Shown piece by piece: positions 10,295 to 23,682 of a stretch of 64,000 nt of DNA. Where the stretch lies: positions 16,928,001 through 16,992,000 of the forward strand of contig CM059433.1 of the NCBI GenBank assembly GCA_030390025.1. The letters are read 5' to 3'. Origin of the DNA: Squalus acanthias. Taxonomy: Eukaryota. The position numbers and the translations under genes are program-made. Below the pieces are notes generated by a model. The model made no database searches. It saw only the letters and a list, made by a program, of their open reading frames with translations, and had not been told where the DNA came from. Within the stretch, counting starts at the first letter, position 1. Each line of letters starts with the position of its first letter.

Positions 10295-11325
10295 GCTAGG
10301 AATGGCCACCCGGAGGATCATTAAGCAGCTGATTGCCATTTAAATTGCCTGCTAGCGCTCATTAACGAGGCTGCATGGCATTTTGGTGGCTAACACTTGA
10401 CCCAACGCCCTCTCCTAACAGCGACCAGCTGATTGGGAGTAAACGAGTCGTTGCAGAGGATTGAGAGCGCTACTTAAAGGTCTATCACCTTTTATTGTTC
10501 GCTTGCTGCTGGAGGTTTGAAGAGGACTACTGAAACACATCAGAAGACTTTCTGGGACACTTTTGTCAAGACCTCACCAACACTCCATCAATATTTATTC
10601 TGGAAATTCTCTGAGGACTTCACCTAAAAAAAAGTAAGTGCTGTGCTACTCCACCTTATAGGAGTCACCAGGAGAAAGGGAGCGCTTGGTCATGGGCATC
10701 TCACCAGGGGTCCCCCTTGGTCTGGAAGAGGAAGTGAGGCCAGGCAGAGCAGCACCAGCTGCTGGAGGAGAGGGGGAGGGACAGGAGGGCAGAGGGCTCC
10801 AGATTTGTGGTGACTTGCTGCATGCTCCACAATTTGGTGATCATGAGAGACCAGCCGTTACCACCAGCAATTGTGCCAGAGCGTCAAGCTCAAGAGCCAC
10901 AAGGAGGAGGAGAGGGAGACAGGCAGGTGAGGTGCACTCCTTCCCCCTGCGGGTACAGAACATCCCTCCTCCACTGGACCTCCTCCACCAGGACCTCCAA
11001 TGCCACATCCGAGAACCTGTGCGCTCTCACTTGGTCCCTCAGCCATCCTGAAACCTGCCGCTATGCGTTAGCCAGCCCACTCCACACCTTCAGTAGAAGT
11101 GGGCAAGTGGAGCCCACATATACTGCTCCACAAAAATTGCTTCTAACCAGAGCTTGAGTGCTAAACCTGCAGGTGTCTCTGATTTAGCACCAGGCAAGTT
11201 CAAATTATGGCAATCAGAAATTAGGACCAAAATTGCGTGCTAAAACCAGACTTTCCAACAGACGTGTCTCATTAGCACAGCACCCATTTAGTGCCTGTTT
11301 TCACCCTTTGGCCAAAATAACTGCC
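10295..11325. mobile_element. Non-autonomous PIF/Harbinger deletion derivative, copy 1
   Basis: Plus strand SRFVVTCCMLHNL (transposase C-terminal motif, ~10798-10870). Minus strand RAHRFSDVALEVLVEEVQWRRDVLYP (Myb/SANT-like N-terminus, ~10947-11046). Long similarity to 14263-15262. Confidence 0.75.
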
Positions 11326-12703
11326 TGTGTATTAGAGATAATTTTGAATAATTAGATGGGATTAAACGATTCCTTCTGGTCATAATTGATTTCATGTTAT
11401 TTTGCTGACAGTCTTGAGCACCATTTATGCTAATTAATCTCAGGAGATTGTAGAAGAGACACAGCAAATCAAGTTCTCCAACAATATTGTAATGGTTGTG
11501 ACTCTTTAGGCTTTATATCCGGTGTAATAAATTAAGAATTGCATAGAGCCAGAGCTGTTTTTTCAAGCGAAAGGAAATATAAATATTCAATCCACTTTTT
11601 CCATGAAAACAGAAAAACAAACAGTGGTTTTGTCCATAATCTGCAAGGGTGCAGCTATTTGCTATAATCGGGGCTTTCAGTTTATGGTGACTGCAAAAGT
11701 CAAATTCAATTTTGCCTGGTGATTTAGGGATCACATTCTGCAATTTAGTCCGTCCCCTCCCCCCACCACCACCCCACCCATGAAAACCACAAACCAGTGG
11801 CCTCTAATGTAATAGGCGAGGAACGGGCCTTGTCCCTACTTCAAGAAGTTTGTCGGACAATTCAAAAATGACATAAAAACAGAGCTTTCTGCACACTTGG
11901 TTACATTTTATTTAACATTATCTGTCTTTCTTCTCAGGCTGAGGAATGTCAATACTGGGAAATGGCACTTTAACAAAAAAAATAATCCCCCAAAATGACC
12001 CATTCTCTGGGATCTTCTTCAAATGATACGCAACCTCTACACACCATTGGGATTAAGCCCGAGTTGATTGGCGTGTAGCTTCTACACACAACCAAATAAA
12101 TGTCAATAGCATTGTCGATAGACGGTGTTGCTCATTGTCTCCCGCATCTTATAAAGTCCAGGACTTCTTTTATCCTGAAGCAAAACTGAAGCTAAGTGCC
12201 ACAGCATAACACAAAAAATAAACCTACAATTGTACTGATGGGATGGTTGGGTGGGTTTGTGTGTATGGAGGATGTACAGCATTCAAAGAATTAAGAGGAT
12301 CCTAACAGACAGGGTATTGTTCTTCATTAAGACTCCTACATGTATCATAGGAGTGTACAAAACTAATTCAGAGGGGACAGCATTCACACCAGCTGCAAAG
12401 CAGCCATAACACAAGCTGCAAAGATAGTGTTGCCAAAGACATTGTTTTATGGCACTACAAGCAAAGCTTGACAGTAATCTAATAATCTTGAGGATTACTC
12501 CATGTGGCAGCCCTGAAAATACTATCAGAACCTGATTGTGAGATGCCCAGTGAGCACTCAACCAACCATTTAACTATCGACTGCTTTGTCATTAGCTTGC
12601 CTTAGGACTTTGCATCATAGGAAGCAAATAATTGTTAATCTATTTCTGAAATTACTTTGCAGTAGAGATATTGCACTATTTACAGCCACACAGTGAAAAC
12701 ACC

Positions 12704-13351
12704 ACAAAAAGAAAATACTGCAGATGCTGGAAATCTGAAATAAAAACAGAATGCTGGAGAAATTCAGGTCAGGCGGCATCTGTGAAGAGAGAAACAGAGT
12801 TAATGTTTCAGGTCGATGACCTTTCGTCAGAACTGGAAAAAAAGCAGGAAATGGAACAGATTTTTAAGCAAGTGTAGGAGCTGGGAAAGGGGGGGGAGGG
12901 GATGAAAGAACAAAAGGGAACGTCTGTGATGGGATAGAAGGCGGAAGAGGTTAAGAGACATTCAAGGCAAAAGGAGATGGTAATGGGACAGGTTAAGAAA
13001 CAAAGGATGGCTCGAGATGAAGTGTAAATTGCGCTGGCAGAATGAAAGACAGCTGCCATGTGGGGGAGAAGAAAAAAGACAAAGAGTGTGGATATAAAAT
13101 ATATATATGATAGGGGCCGAGATTATGATCTGAATTTGTTGAACTCTATGTTGAGTCCAGAAGGCTGTAAAGTGCCTAATCGAAAGATGAGGTGCTGTTC
13201 CTCGAGCTTACGCTGAGCTTCCGTGGAACAATGCACGAGGCCGAGGACGGTGAGGTCAGAGTGGGAGTGGAGCGGTGAATTAAAGTGACAGGCGACCGGA
13301 AGCTCAGGGTCCCCCTTACGGACTGAATGGAGGTGTTCCACAAAGCGGTCA
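12704..13351 (-). mobile_element. Penelope-like element 3' fragment (second family): GIY-YIG C-terminus, 3' UTR and pLTR
   Basis: DRFVEHLHSVRKGDPELPVACHFNS...RKLEEQHLIFRLGTLQPSGLNIEF* followed by a pLTR with a hammerhead core. Confidence 0.88.
12798..12834 (-). ncRNA. Minimal hammerhead ribozyme motif (stem III CpG-decayed)
   Basis: Reverse complement reads AGTT-CTGACGA-A-AGGTC-ATC-GACCT-GAAA-CA-TT-AACT. Confidence 0.68.
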
Positions 13352-13887
13352 ACACTCCATTTCCAACTGGTGTAGCAACAGTCAAAACAACGGGACACCA
13401 ATTGCTTCGCCTGAATGAAACTCGGGGTGCGTGCATACTATAAACTATAGGACTGATGAAGCAAGTTGGCTTGCAGAATGCAAATACACCCCAAGAAGTA
13501 ACTCTTAGTAGGAATTCTGGATGATTTGCAAGGACCACTGTCTCAAAATGTCAAATCAAATACAGTTGATCTCTGATGAGGACCTATATTTCAATAACAC
13601 TGTCCATTCATAACAAATGTCGATTTGCCCTGTAGTAAGAGCCAGAAATACTCCAAATTCAACCTTACCACCCTCAATTCCAGGCAGTGGATTGTTCCAT
13701 AATCAATTTGCCCCGAGTGCAGTTATCTGTAGCAGGAACCCCCCCCCCCCCCCCCCCACTTCCCCCTCTCCCAGCCCCTCACAGGGTTGCGTGCATCAGC
13801 AATGGAGGAGACATTAATAAAGGATATCCCTGCAGAGCAGTCTTCTCATGATTCCTATGTGTAATTCAGAGCCACAGCCTGGTCATT

Positions 13888-14224
13888 ATAGAATCACAGA
13901 AATTTATGGCACAAAAGGAAGCCATTCGGCCCAACGTGTCTATCGGCTGAAAAAAGAGCTCTCTAGCCTAATCCCACTTTCCAGCTCTTGGTCCGTAGCC
14001 CTGTAGGTTACGGCACTTCAAGTGCATATCCAAGTACTTTTTAAATGTGATGAGGGTTTCTGCCTCTACCACCCTTTCAGGCAGTGAGTTCCAGACCCCA
14101 CCACCATCTGGGTGGAAAAAGTTCTCCTCAACTCCCCTGTAAGCCTTCTACCAATTACTTTGCTAACAGAACTAGGTCCTTCCTAGCCACTATCTAGGCC
14201 CCTCAATTTTATACACCTCAATTA
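13888..14224 (-). mobile_element. CR1 LINE 3' fragment
   Basis: Minus strand gives FFTQ.VV..WNSLP-type sequence, the 3' UTR hairpin and an ATTCTAT-type terminus. Confidence 0.8.
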
Positions 14225-14262
14225 ACTACTGGGTAGTTCGGAAGAATGCCTCTAAGAATGTT

Positions 14263-15262
14263 GGGGGTGATTGTCCCCGGATACTTTACCCGCTAAAGAG
14301 CCTCCGAGGTAGCCAAGATGGGGTCTTAAGCTGAAACGCCAGTTTAGCCCATGTTTAGTGCACAACGCCATCTTGGTAAAGTTGCTAGGAACGGCTGCTC
14401 AGAGGGCATTAAGCAGCTGATTGCCACTTAAATTGCCTGCTCACGCTCATTAAAGAAGCTGAATGGCATTTTGGTGGCTAGAGCTTGAACTAACTCCCAA
14501 CAACGACCAGCTGATTGGGAGTAAACTAGTCATTGCAGAGGATTGAGAGCGCTACTCACTCAAAGGTATATCACCTTTCACTTGCTGCTGGAGGTTCGAA
14601 GAGGACTGTTGAAACACGTCGGGAGACTTTCTGGGACACTTTGTCACCAACACTATCAACACTTATTCTGGAAATTCTCTGAGGACTTCATCTAAAAAAA
14701 GAGTAAGTGCTGTGCTACTCCACCTTATTAGGAGTCACCAGGAGAAAGGGAGTGCTTGGTCATTGGCATCTTGCCAGGGGTCCCCCTTGGCCTGCAGGAA
14801 GAATGGGAGGAGGAGATGAGGCCAGGCAGAGCAGCACCAGCTGCTGCAGGAGAGGGGGACATGAGCAACAGGAGGACGAGGTGGACTCCTCCCCCCTCCC
14901 CCTCCGTGGGTCTAGGACATCCCTGCTCCTCTGGACGACCTCCACCAGCATATCCAAGAACCTGTGCACCCTCTCACTCGGTCCCTCAGCCATCCTGAAA
15001 CACGCCACTGCGCGTCAGCCAGTCCACTCTACAACTTCAGTGTGTGAGTGGACGCCACATATACTGGTCCATGAAAATTGCATCAAATCAGCACTGGAGT
15101 GTTAAACCTGCAGGCGTGTGATTTAGCAAATCCAGGCAAATTCAAATTATGGTAATCAGCAATTAGGACCAAAATAACATCCTAAGACCAGACTTTCAAA
15201 CAGGTGTGCCTTCTTACCATAGCACCCATTTGGCACCTGTTTTCAACCTTCCACCAAAATGG
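14263..15262. mobile_element. Non-autonomous PIF/Harbinger deletion derivative, copy 2
   Basis: Colinear with 10295-11325. Retains the Myb-like MAEGPSERVHRF..LVEVVQRSRDVLDP on the minus strand but lacks the CCMLHNL block. Confidence 0.72.
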
Positions 15263-18200
15263 TTTTGCATGGGTTGTAGATGTAACTTTTCATAATTGAC
15301 CATGAAGTCCAGCTTCCGAGTATCTGGCTGTGTCAGTGAACTACAGAAGGGGGTCTAATAAAATCAACTGTCCAGAAATGGATAGACAAGGAGATGTGCT
15401 GCAAACACAGATAGGCACTTCAAAAGAACCACAGAGTTTGAGAGGCAAAATACAATATCGTGTACCATGAGGTTTGCTCCTCGAAACTGAACTTCAGAAA
15501 TGTTCAATGACATTCCCATCTGGCAGTATGCAAGTAGGCATCCTTTAGGTCTATGATTGCTAGCCAATCCCCTGGGCATGCAGCCAGTATGATCCAAGGT
15601 AGTGTGACAATCTTAAACATGTTGGCCCTGGATTTTCCTGCCGTCATTTTGGTGGGAGAAAGAGTAAGCGTTTATTCTGTTTCTCTGAGGGGGTTCCACA
15701 AATCTCCCAATGGAAATTACAGTTGCTCCTATTTTAGAAATGACTTAAAAAACATTTAGGTCTAGCACTGAACGGGATATCCTCTGTCTTTTGGGGTACT
15801 TTAAAATATTAGCCACAGAAAATGCATATTGGAAATTTGGGCGTGCACAGCACTTGATTTTTCAAACCACCAATTTGAATCCTCTTTATTCCCATTATAC
15901 ACTCACCAACTCACTGCCATCAATGCATGGACTCAACCACAAGAATGCGAGACAAATTTTCATGGAACTCATATGGCATGTGATTCAACCATTATAATAC
16001 ACCTTCTTTCCTTTCTTTGGGTGCAGAACAGGAGCAATTTCATCAGGCCTCTGCCCCGGACCTACCAAGTGCGTCACAGTAGCCAGTGTCACTTATTCCT
16101 ACCCACCCAAGTGCCAGCTCAGATACATGCCCCTGGGGGATTCCTTTCGCGATAGTGCCAAGAGTGCACCAGATGCTCACAAAACACAAGTAAGCAGGAA
16201 GAGGTGGTGCGGGAGGCAGAGGAGAAGCAGGACACTGCTCTCTACGAGGCTAGTTTACCTCCTACCTCAGCTGACAAGCAAAGGGATGCATATCTCAGAG
16301 TCTGCTTTTTAAAGAAGGATGTTTTCAGTGTGAGACAACATCAGCAGGCAATGTGGACATGCACGTGATCAGCTGAAGGCTACTGTGCTGGGATGCACAG
16401 GTCACATCTGTACAGGGACGAAGGTTGCATTTGGTACACATCAGTCCACCTTGGAATATGTGGCAATTACAGGGAGACCTGCAGTGACGCACACAGGCAG
16501 AAGCCTTGGGCTCTACTTTAGAACATACACTCTTCTCTAGTTTCCTATGCTGGCAGATCAGGTTAAACAAAGCATGACCAAAGGCTTCACAGATAATGTT
16601 GCCATTCAATTTGCTGTCATATGGATCAGTTGTCATAAAAGCCAGGACCCAGCAACAGGGTCATGGCTGTGCCTAGCATGCATGAGTGCTGGCTTTCTGG
16701 ACAGCTTCACACCCATCCTCCTCCTCCACTGACTATGCATATATACCAGAAATTGTGCCAGACCAGGTAGCTCCCGCATCGGTGGATATGACAAAGCCAA
16801 CAGTTGGGTTGTCTGAAGACCCACCTCAAGGATATGGTCAAGGACAATAAATTCAGGTCTGCTGCAGATACCTTCTTAGGTTAAGTAGCATCACTCACCC
16901 CTTTAAACAGCCTGACTTTTACTTTTATGGCAGTTAACTCACACTGCCCAATATCTACTTGTATGATAGCAAAGCCTTGACACCTAACAATCTGGATCTG
17001 GACTGGATACTCATTTCTGTTGCCTTTCTTTAATCTCTGACAGTGGACCGAGTTCCCACAAGGTGAGGCAAGGCTTGGTTATGAATTGTTAAGTTGATTT
17101 ATTTCACAGTAAGGCAAGTATACAGAATGACAATTATGAACAATTTCACTTATTTCCATCTATAAAGCTTGTTTGTGTGTAATAATATAAAAATAATGAA
17201 CCTGCTAAGCTACCTCACTTCAGTGGGTCATCTTGCTGGACTTAAGTTAATTTTCTAACTCTTCTCTCCTGTATTCAATCCTTCTCTCATCTGTTTGTTG
17301 GTTGACTGAACGTGCCACATATTGTTTCCAAAAACTAGACTCCAGTGTCAGCTTTTAGTCAACCAACCCAAAGAGTGGAATGCACCAGCTTAATTGGCAA
17401 AAACCCCTGCTGAGTTCAAATGAATACAGTAGTCACAGCAGCAATGTGTGTGAACCATCACTGGAATGTCAAACTATCATTCATGGTGCCCTGGTTCAGA
17501 CATCCATCTGCAAATCTAATTTACACCTGCCAGCCCTGGTGTCCTATGACTTTAACCCTTTGCGAGCCAAGTTTAGCTCGATAGTACTATTTTTCCACAT
17601 GTTACACCAAGGTGTTCCCATGGCAGCAAGATCTGAAATCTCAAAATAGGACAATGACCTTAGTCCCAAGAATCTTCAATTGGCATGGGGCAGATCGCCA
17701 CCTCACTTACTTCAGCCACTGGAGAAGTCTGTAGAAGAATTGGTATTCAAGAGCACATACACCACTTCAGAAAAGGGAAGCACAGTGATAAACAGCTTCA
17801 AGGCAACACACACAACAATTAGATAGGGAATAAATATTTGATAGCACTTAAGCAAGTATGGGTGAAGAAAGTGTTTTTGTTGTTGCCTTGAGCAATGGTT
17901 TAATCAGAGGCAAGGAAGGGAATAAATGGAATATCCTATGCTGCATTGAAAATATGGGATAGGGCGTGTTTGGCCACTGTATAGGGCAGATGGCTTAATG
18001 TATTGGGAACCATAGAGTATTTAATTGAACATTTCATCTACGATGGCCTCCATAAACTCTTGCACAATGTGTGAAAGCTCTTCTGCGGCCATTTCTTAAA
18101 TGCTTATGGAGGCCTTTTCATAGTTCTAATGTGTTCTGTTGCTCTTGCAACAGCTCTGCTTGCAGCACAACACAATGATATGAGAGGCCTTTGCAGGACT

Positions 18201-18921
18201 GCATTGTGACACAATGGTCAAGGCGCCTGAAGTGTTACTTTCAGATCCCTCGGGTACGCTGAATTATGATCCTACATGTGCCGTGCCTGAGCTGGAGCGT
18301 GGTTGCAAGTCTGCTTCAAGCATACCGCACAACTCTATCATAGCCACGCTGCTGGAATGCAAGTGGAAATAATAGCTTGTACAGAACACCTTCCAAATTC
18401 AGCTGTTCAGTTCTGTTACATTGCAGAGTGCAGCTTTAAGGGGAGCCTGCATTCTCTTTATAGTTTTCTAAATGTTGGATGCTTGTTTTCAACAGGCATC
18501 ATTGCACTGATTGTACTTCCGGTGCGAAACTCAATTGATCATTGTGCTGCTCATAATCAGCATCTTGCCGCTTTGGGCGCAGACTTCACGCAACTGAAAA
18601 CAGTTGCGCAATGTAAAATGAGCAACAATTCAGTATTGCCAATACTGACTTTACACCAACACCCTTGGAGAAAGAAGATTTTCTCATCTTCTCAGTAAGC
18701 AATTTAATTTTTTCTCTTCAACTTTCCTCACTTCCTGAATGTTCCAAGCTATGTTTGGGTATAGTTCTAAAGGCAGGAGCCAGTTGAAGTTCACTCTTAA
18801 AGAACAGGCACTTGCCATCTTTAAAATCTTCTACCATCTTACACCTATGCCCTTTCCATCAGGAGTCAGTGGACAGAAATCAAGAACAGGGATCTTCGAT
18901 GGCCTTTCCCCCCCATTCACA

Positions 18922-19053
18922 TTCTAGCACTCCTCAGATGACCCTGGCTGGAATCAGCTACCTCAGGACAATCCAGGTACCGAACCTGGGATTCTTCCGG
19001 GCTGTTTGGCTCATTATCACACTATGTGGCATATCTAATTACTGAGCCATGGG
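18922..19053 (-). mobile_element. tRNA-derived SINE head (unclassified family)
   Basis: Minus strand has TGGCTCAGT (A-box-like) and CCCAGGTTCGGTACCTGG (B-box-like), then GAGGTAGCTGATTCCAGCC as in the other copies. Confidence 0.5.
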
Positions 19054-19721
19054 AGAAATCAATGAGTTATTTTAAAAGCACATTATGAGTTGCTATTAAC
19101 AGTAAGAAAGAGACCAGTACAAGGACAGGCAATTTTTGGCATTGTCCAAAAAAAAATTTTTTTTAAAAGACAGTCTGTTGATGCTGTACCCCAATTCTTG
19201 GCAAGAAATGATAGTGTCAAGCCTTACTAGAAACAAGAATAAAAATTATTGAAAAGAAAGAGATTAAAATGGTTCAGCTTCGGACATCACTTTGTCTATT
19301 ACCACATTGTGTGTGCTACAGATTATACAAGAAACTGAAGAGAACTGGCTGTTAAATTAAATCTGAAACAAGCTGGTTGAACAGATATGGCAAACACTAG
19401 AACAGCTCGTCAAGCGGTGTGTTTTAACTGCGGCAAACCAAAACATTAGAAAACTCAATGTGCACTATCACGAGGCAAGCATACCATCAACAGGACAATA
19501 GTCCGCATTACATTCAGAGTTTTACTATGCCAATTACAATAAGCTGAGTGAGCACAATAAAGAAAAAGATCCTCTCTGAACTAACCAGTGTGTGTAGTGT
19601 AATGATTGTTACATTATTCTAAACAGTGTGGCTGGATGAATTACTCCGATGGGTCTACAAGAAGTTAGAACAAATTAAAAAAGGAAGTTTCTTTTGAAAG
19701 GTAACCAAATGGATCATCAAT

Positions 19722-20075
19722 ACCAGCCAGGAAGGTACAGATTTAATTCCTGGTCTGGGCTCAGTCACGATGTAGTAGTGGGGCAAAAATTTACCTCAGC
19801 GCCCCTGGACCAGGAAGGGGTGTTGAAGGACATCAGCCAGAATTCTTGCTCCTGAAGCCTAACCAGTAACTGCTAAAAAAAAGAGTCTGCCTGTGTGAGC
19901 TTTGGATGAGGATGGGAATGAGCTCAACGATCCATGAGCTTTTCAACAATCGTCGTCTAGACTCACTTGTGAAGGATGGCCGCTTGGGCGAGGGTGGGGG
20001 AGGCTGGAGCACACAAAACTGTACCCCCGCGGAAGTCAGCACCCTCACGAGAGGGGGGAAGACAATTGGAGGCAA
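19722..20075 (+). mobile_element. Unclassified SINE copy
   Basis: CCAGGAAGGT...CCTGGTCTG...CCTCAGCGCCCCTGG...ATCAGCCAG...GCTCCTGA...GAAGGATGGCCGCTTGGGCGAGG is shared with 31297-31620. Confidence 0.55.
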
Positions 20076-20418
20076 ACAAACAAATGCACACACTAGAATA
20101 GGAGTATTTAAAGAAACATAAACCTCCTATTGGTACAATTTGTATTGGTGGGGTTGTCTTTCTAACAAGTGCTGTTACAGAAATGGTGCCATTTAACAGG
20201 TGCTTAGGGTTGCTACTTTTCCAGCCTTGGACTGGACAGTCAGGATTTTGGGGAGCTGTTGAATAACTCCTTTTTATGATCCTGCATAATTTAAGAAGCA
20301 AGTGACTTCAGTAACAGCTACTTAACTGGCAAACTTTATCCCATACGAAGAGCATTAAATGAAAATAGACATGGAGGAAGAAAGAAAAGCACAGGTCAAG
20401 GCGACTCTCACCACCAGC

Positions 20419-20850
20419 ATAAGAACAGAAGATGTAGGAGCAGGAGTAGGTCATTTGGCCCTTCGAGCCTGCTCCGCCATTCAATGAGATCATGGCTGAT
20501 CTGATCTTGGCCTCAACTCCACTTCCCTGCCCGTCCCCCATAACCCTTGACTCCCTTACCATTCAAAAACCTGTCTATCTCCACCTTAAATATATTCAAT
20601 GACCCAGCCTCCACAGCTCCCTGGGGAAGAGAATTCCAAAGATTCACGACCCTCAGAGAAGAAATTCCTCCTCATTTCCGATTTAAAAGGGTGCCCCCTT
20701 ATTCTGAAATTATGCCCCCTAATTCCAGATTCCCCCACGAGGGGGGACATCCTCTCTGCATCTACCCGGTCAAGCCCCTTCAGAATCTTATGTTTCAATA
20801 AGATCACCTCTCATTCTTCTGAACTCCAATGAGTATAGGCCCAACCTTTC
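20419..20850 (-). mobile_element. CR1 LINE 3' fragment
   Basis: ILKGLDRVDAERMSPLVGESGIRGHNFRIRGHPFKSEMRRNFF plus a 3' UTR ending in TTCTTATG. Confidence 0.92.
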
Positions 20851-21894
20851 TTCATCATTATTGACATTCTTGCCAACCAGAGTCCAACCAACCCATATTT
20901 AGCAGTGAGTAGCTGCAAAAAATGACAAGAATTGGTTTCTGTACAGCACAGTGAGAACTGAACGTTGACGTTATAATATTGGGAGGTTTTTTTTTGAACA
21001 TTTGTGTATTATTGTTTTGATATATTTACTGCCATGGTGGAAACTGGAAACACAGGTAAAATAAGCCATCAGTTGATGATGCAGAAGTTTGATGTTAAAA
21101 GCTCTGTGGGGTCTTTGTCAAAAGGGTAATGGGGAAATTGCACAGCCTACATCAGATGGACAATGAATGATCCAGCACACAGTAGGAATTAGGAAAACTG
21201 AGCAGTTGGGAGATTAAGACATAAGCATTTGTAAAGCTAAACATACAAGAAACCACTTCCAAATGACAGGGCTCTTCGACGGCACTCACACTAATAAACA
21301 AATGCTTCTAAAAAATATTCTACCCAGTCTTCTGAATTTTTTGCAAGAGCAGTATGGCCTCTCATCAAGCCTCGAGGCAGAATACAAGAAAACAAAGCCT
21401 CAAAATCACAAATACTCCAGCTGCTTCAATACTTAAAAAAAAGAGAAATTCAACCAACAAGAGAGGAAGGCTGGAGAGATTATTACAGCTCCAAGATCAA
21501 CAACAATCAATATATCTGGATTTACCAGATCTCCAGAGGAAAGGGCTCGTTTGTTTAATCTGAAATAAATCCAGATTCAATGCCTTACCGCTGAAAGCAC
21601 AAATACAGTAGACTTCAATTATCCACCATAATGGAGGTGACACCCCACAGTTTCAGTGGAGGAAGGAAACTGGTAGTTAGTTAATCACGAGTCCCCAGAT
21701 TGCAGTGCTGATTGATTGCGAAAACATTTAAATGCTGTGCCTCCTCCCATCGGCCTGCCTCAGTCCCCTACAGCACCAACCTCCGTTGGTTCTACTGGCA
21801 GCAACCAACGAGCACTAGAATAGCTGAGCTGCTCACTTACAATTCCCAATCGTAACGGTTCACAACTCCAGCCACAGATCTGGGAGAGCCAACC

Positions 21895-23682
21895 AAAAAA
21901 CTCCCCCAACCGCGGGACGGCCCCCCCCCCCCCAAACCTACACCAACCGCGAGACGGCACCCCCCCCAAACCTACACCAACCGCGGGAGGGCCCCCCCCA
22001 AACCTACACCAACCGCTAGACGGCCCCCCCAAACCTACACCAACCGCGAGACGCCCCCCCCAACCTACACCAACCGCGAGACGCCCCCCCAACCTACACC
22101 AACCGCGAGACGCCCCCCCAACCTACACCAACCGCGAGACGCCCCCCCCAACCTACACCAACCGCGAGACGCCCCCCCGCAACCTACACCAACCGCGAGA
22201 CGCCCCCCCCCGCAACCTACACCAACCGCGAGACGCACCCCCCCGCAACCTACACCAACCGCGAGACGCCCCCCCCGCAACCTACACCAACCGCGAGCCC
22301 CCCACCCCCCCGCAACCTGCACCAACCGCGAGACGCCCCCCCCGCAACCTACACCAACCGCGAGACGCCCCCCCCGCAACCTACACCAACCGCGAGACGC
22401 CCCCCCCCGCAACCTACACCAACCGCGAGACGCCCCCCCCCGCAACCTACACCAACCGCGAGACGCCCCCCAAACCTACACCAACCGCGAGACCCCCCCC
22501 AACCGCGCGACGCCCCCCCCAAACCTACACCAACCGCGAGACGCCCCCCCCAACCGCGAGACCCCCCCCAACCTACACCAACCGCGAGACACCCCCCCCA
22601 ACCTACACCAACCGCGAGACGCCCCCCCCCCAACCGCGAGACGCCCACCCCCCCCCACCTACACCAACCGCGAGACGCCCACCCCCCCCACCTACACCAA
22701 CCGCGAGACGCCCACCCCCCCCACCTACACCAACCGCGGGACGCCCCCCCCCAAACCTACACCAACCGCGAGACGCCCCCCCCCAAACCTACACCAACCG
22801 CGAGACGCCCCCCCCAAACCTACACCAACCGCGAGACGCCCCCCCCAAACCTACACCAACCGCGAGACGCCCCCCCAAACCTACACCAACCGCGAGACGC
22901 CCCCCCCAAACCTACACCAACCGCGAGACGCCCCCCCCAAACCTACACCAACCGCGAGACGCCCCCCCAAACCTACACCAACCGCGAGACGCCCCCCCAA
23001 ACCTACACCAACCGCGAGACGCCCCCCCCCAAACCTACACCAACCGCGAGACGCCCCCCCCCAAACCTACACCAACCGCGAGACGCCCCCCCCCAAACCT
23101 ACACCAACCGCGAGACGCCCCCCCCCAAACCTACACCAACCGCGAGACGCCCCCCCCACCTACACCAACCGCGGGACGCCCCCCCCGCAAACCTACACCA
23201 ACCGCGAGACGCCCACCCCCCCCACCTACACCAACCGCGGGACGCCCCCCCCCCCAAACCTACACCAACCGCGAGACAACCCCCCCCAACCGCGAGACGC
23301 CCCCCCCCAAACCTACACCAACCGCGAGACGCCCCCCCCCAAACCTACACCAACCGCGAGACGCCCCCCCCCCCCAAACCTACACCAACCGCGAGACGGC
23401 CCCCCCCAAACCTACACCAACCGCGAGACGGCCCCCCCCAAACCTACACCAACCGCGAGACGCCCCCCCCCCAAACCTACACCAACCGCGAGACGCCCCC
23501 CCCCAACCGCGAGACGCCCCCACCCCCAAACCGCGAGACGCCCCCCCCCCCACCTACACCAACCGCGGGACGCCCCCCCCAAACCTACACCAACCGCGAG
23601 ACGCACCCCCCCCCAAAACCTACACCAGCCGCGAGACGCCTCACCCCCACCCCAAACCTACACCAACCGCGGGACGGCCCCT
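21895..23682. repeat. GC/CpG-rich minisatellite, ~29-33-bp unit, roughly 60 copies
   Basis: Tandem (A/GCA)ACCTACACCAACCGCGAGACG-C6-12 units, with short variants lacking CCTACACC. Confidence 0.97.

Noticed and set aside
13572..13600. CTGATGA core as a further hammerhead
   Set aside because: No GAAA box or stem II follows.
21895..23682. CRISPR-like array or Gly/Arg-rich ORFs
   Set aside because: There are no unique spacers (only C runs) and no cas genes, and the context is eukaryotic. The ORFs are translations of the minisatellite.
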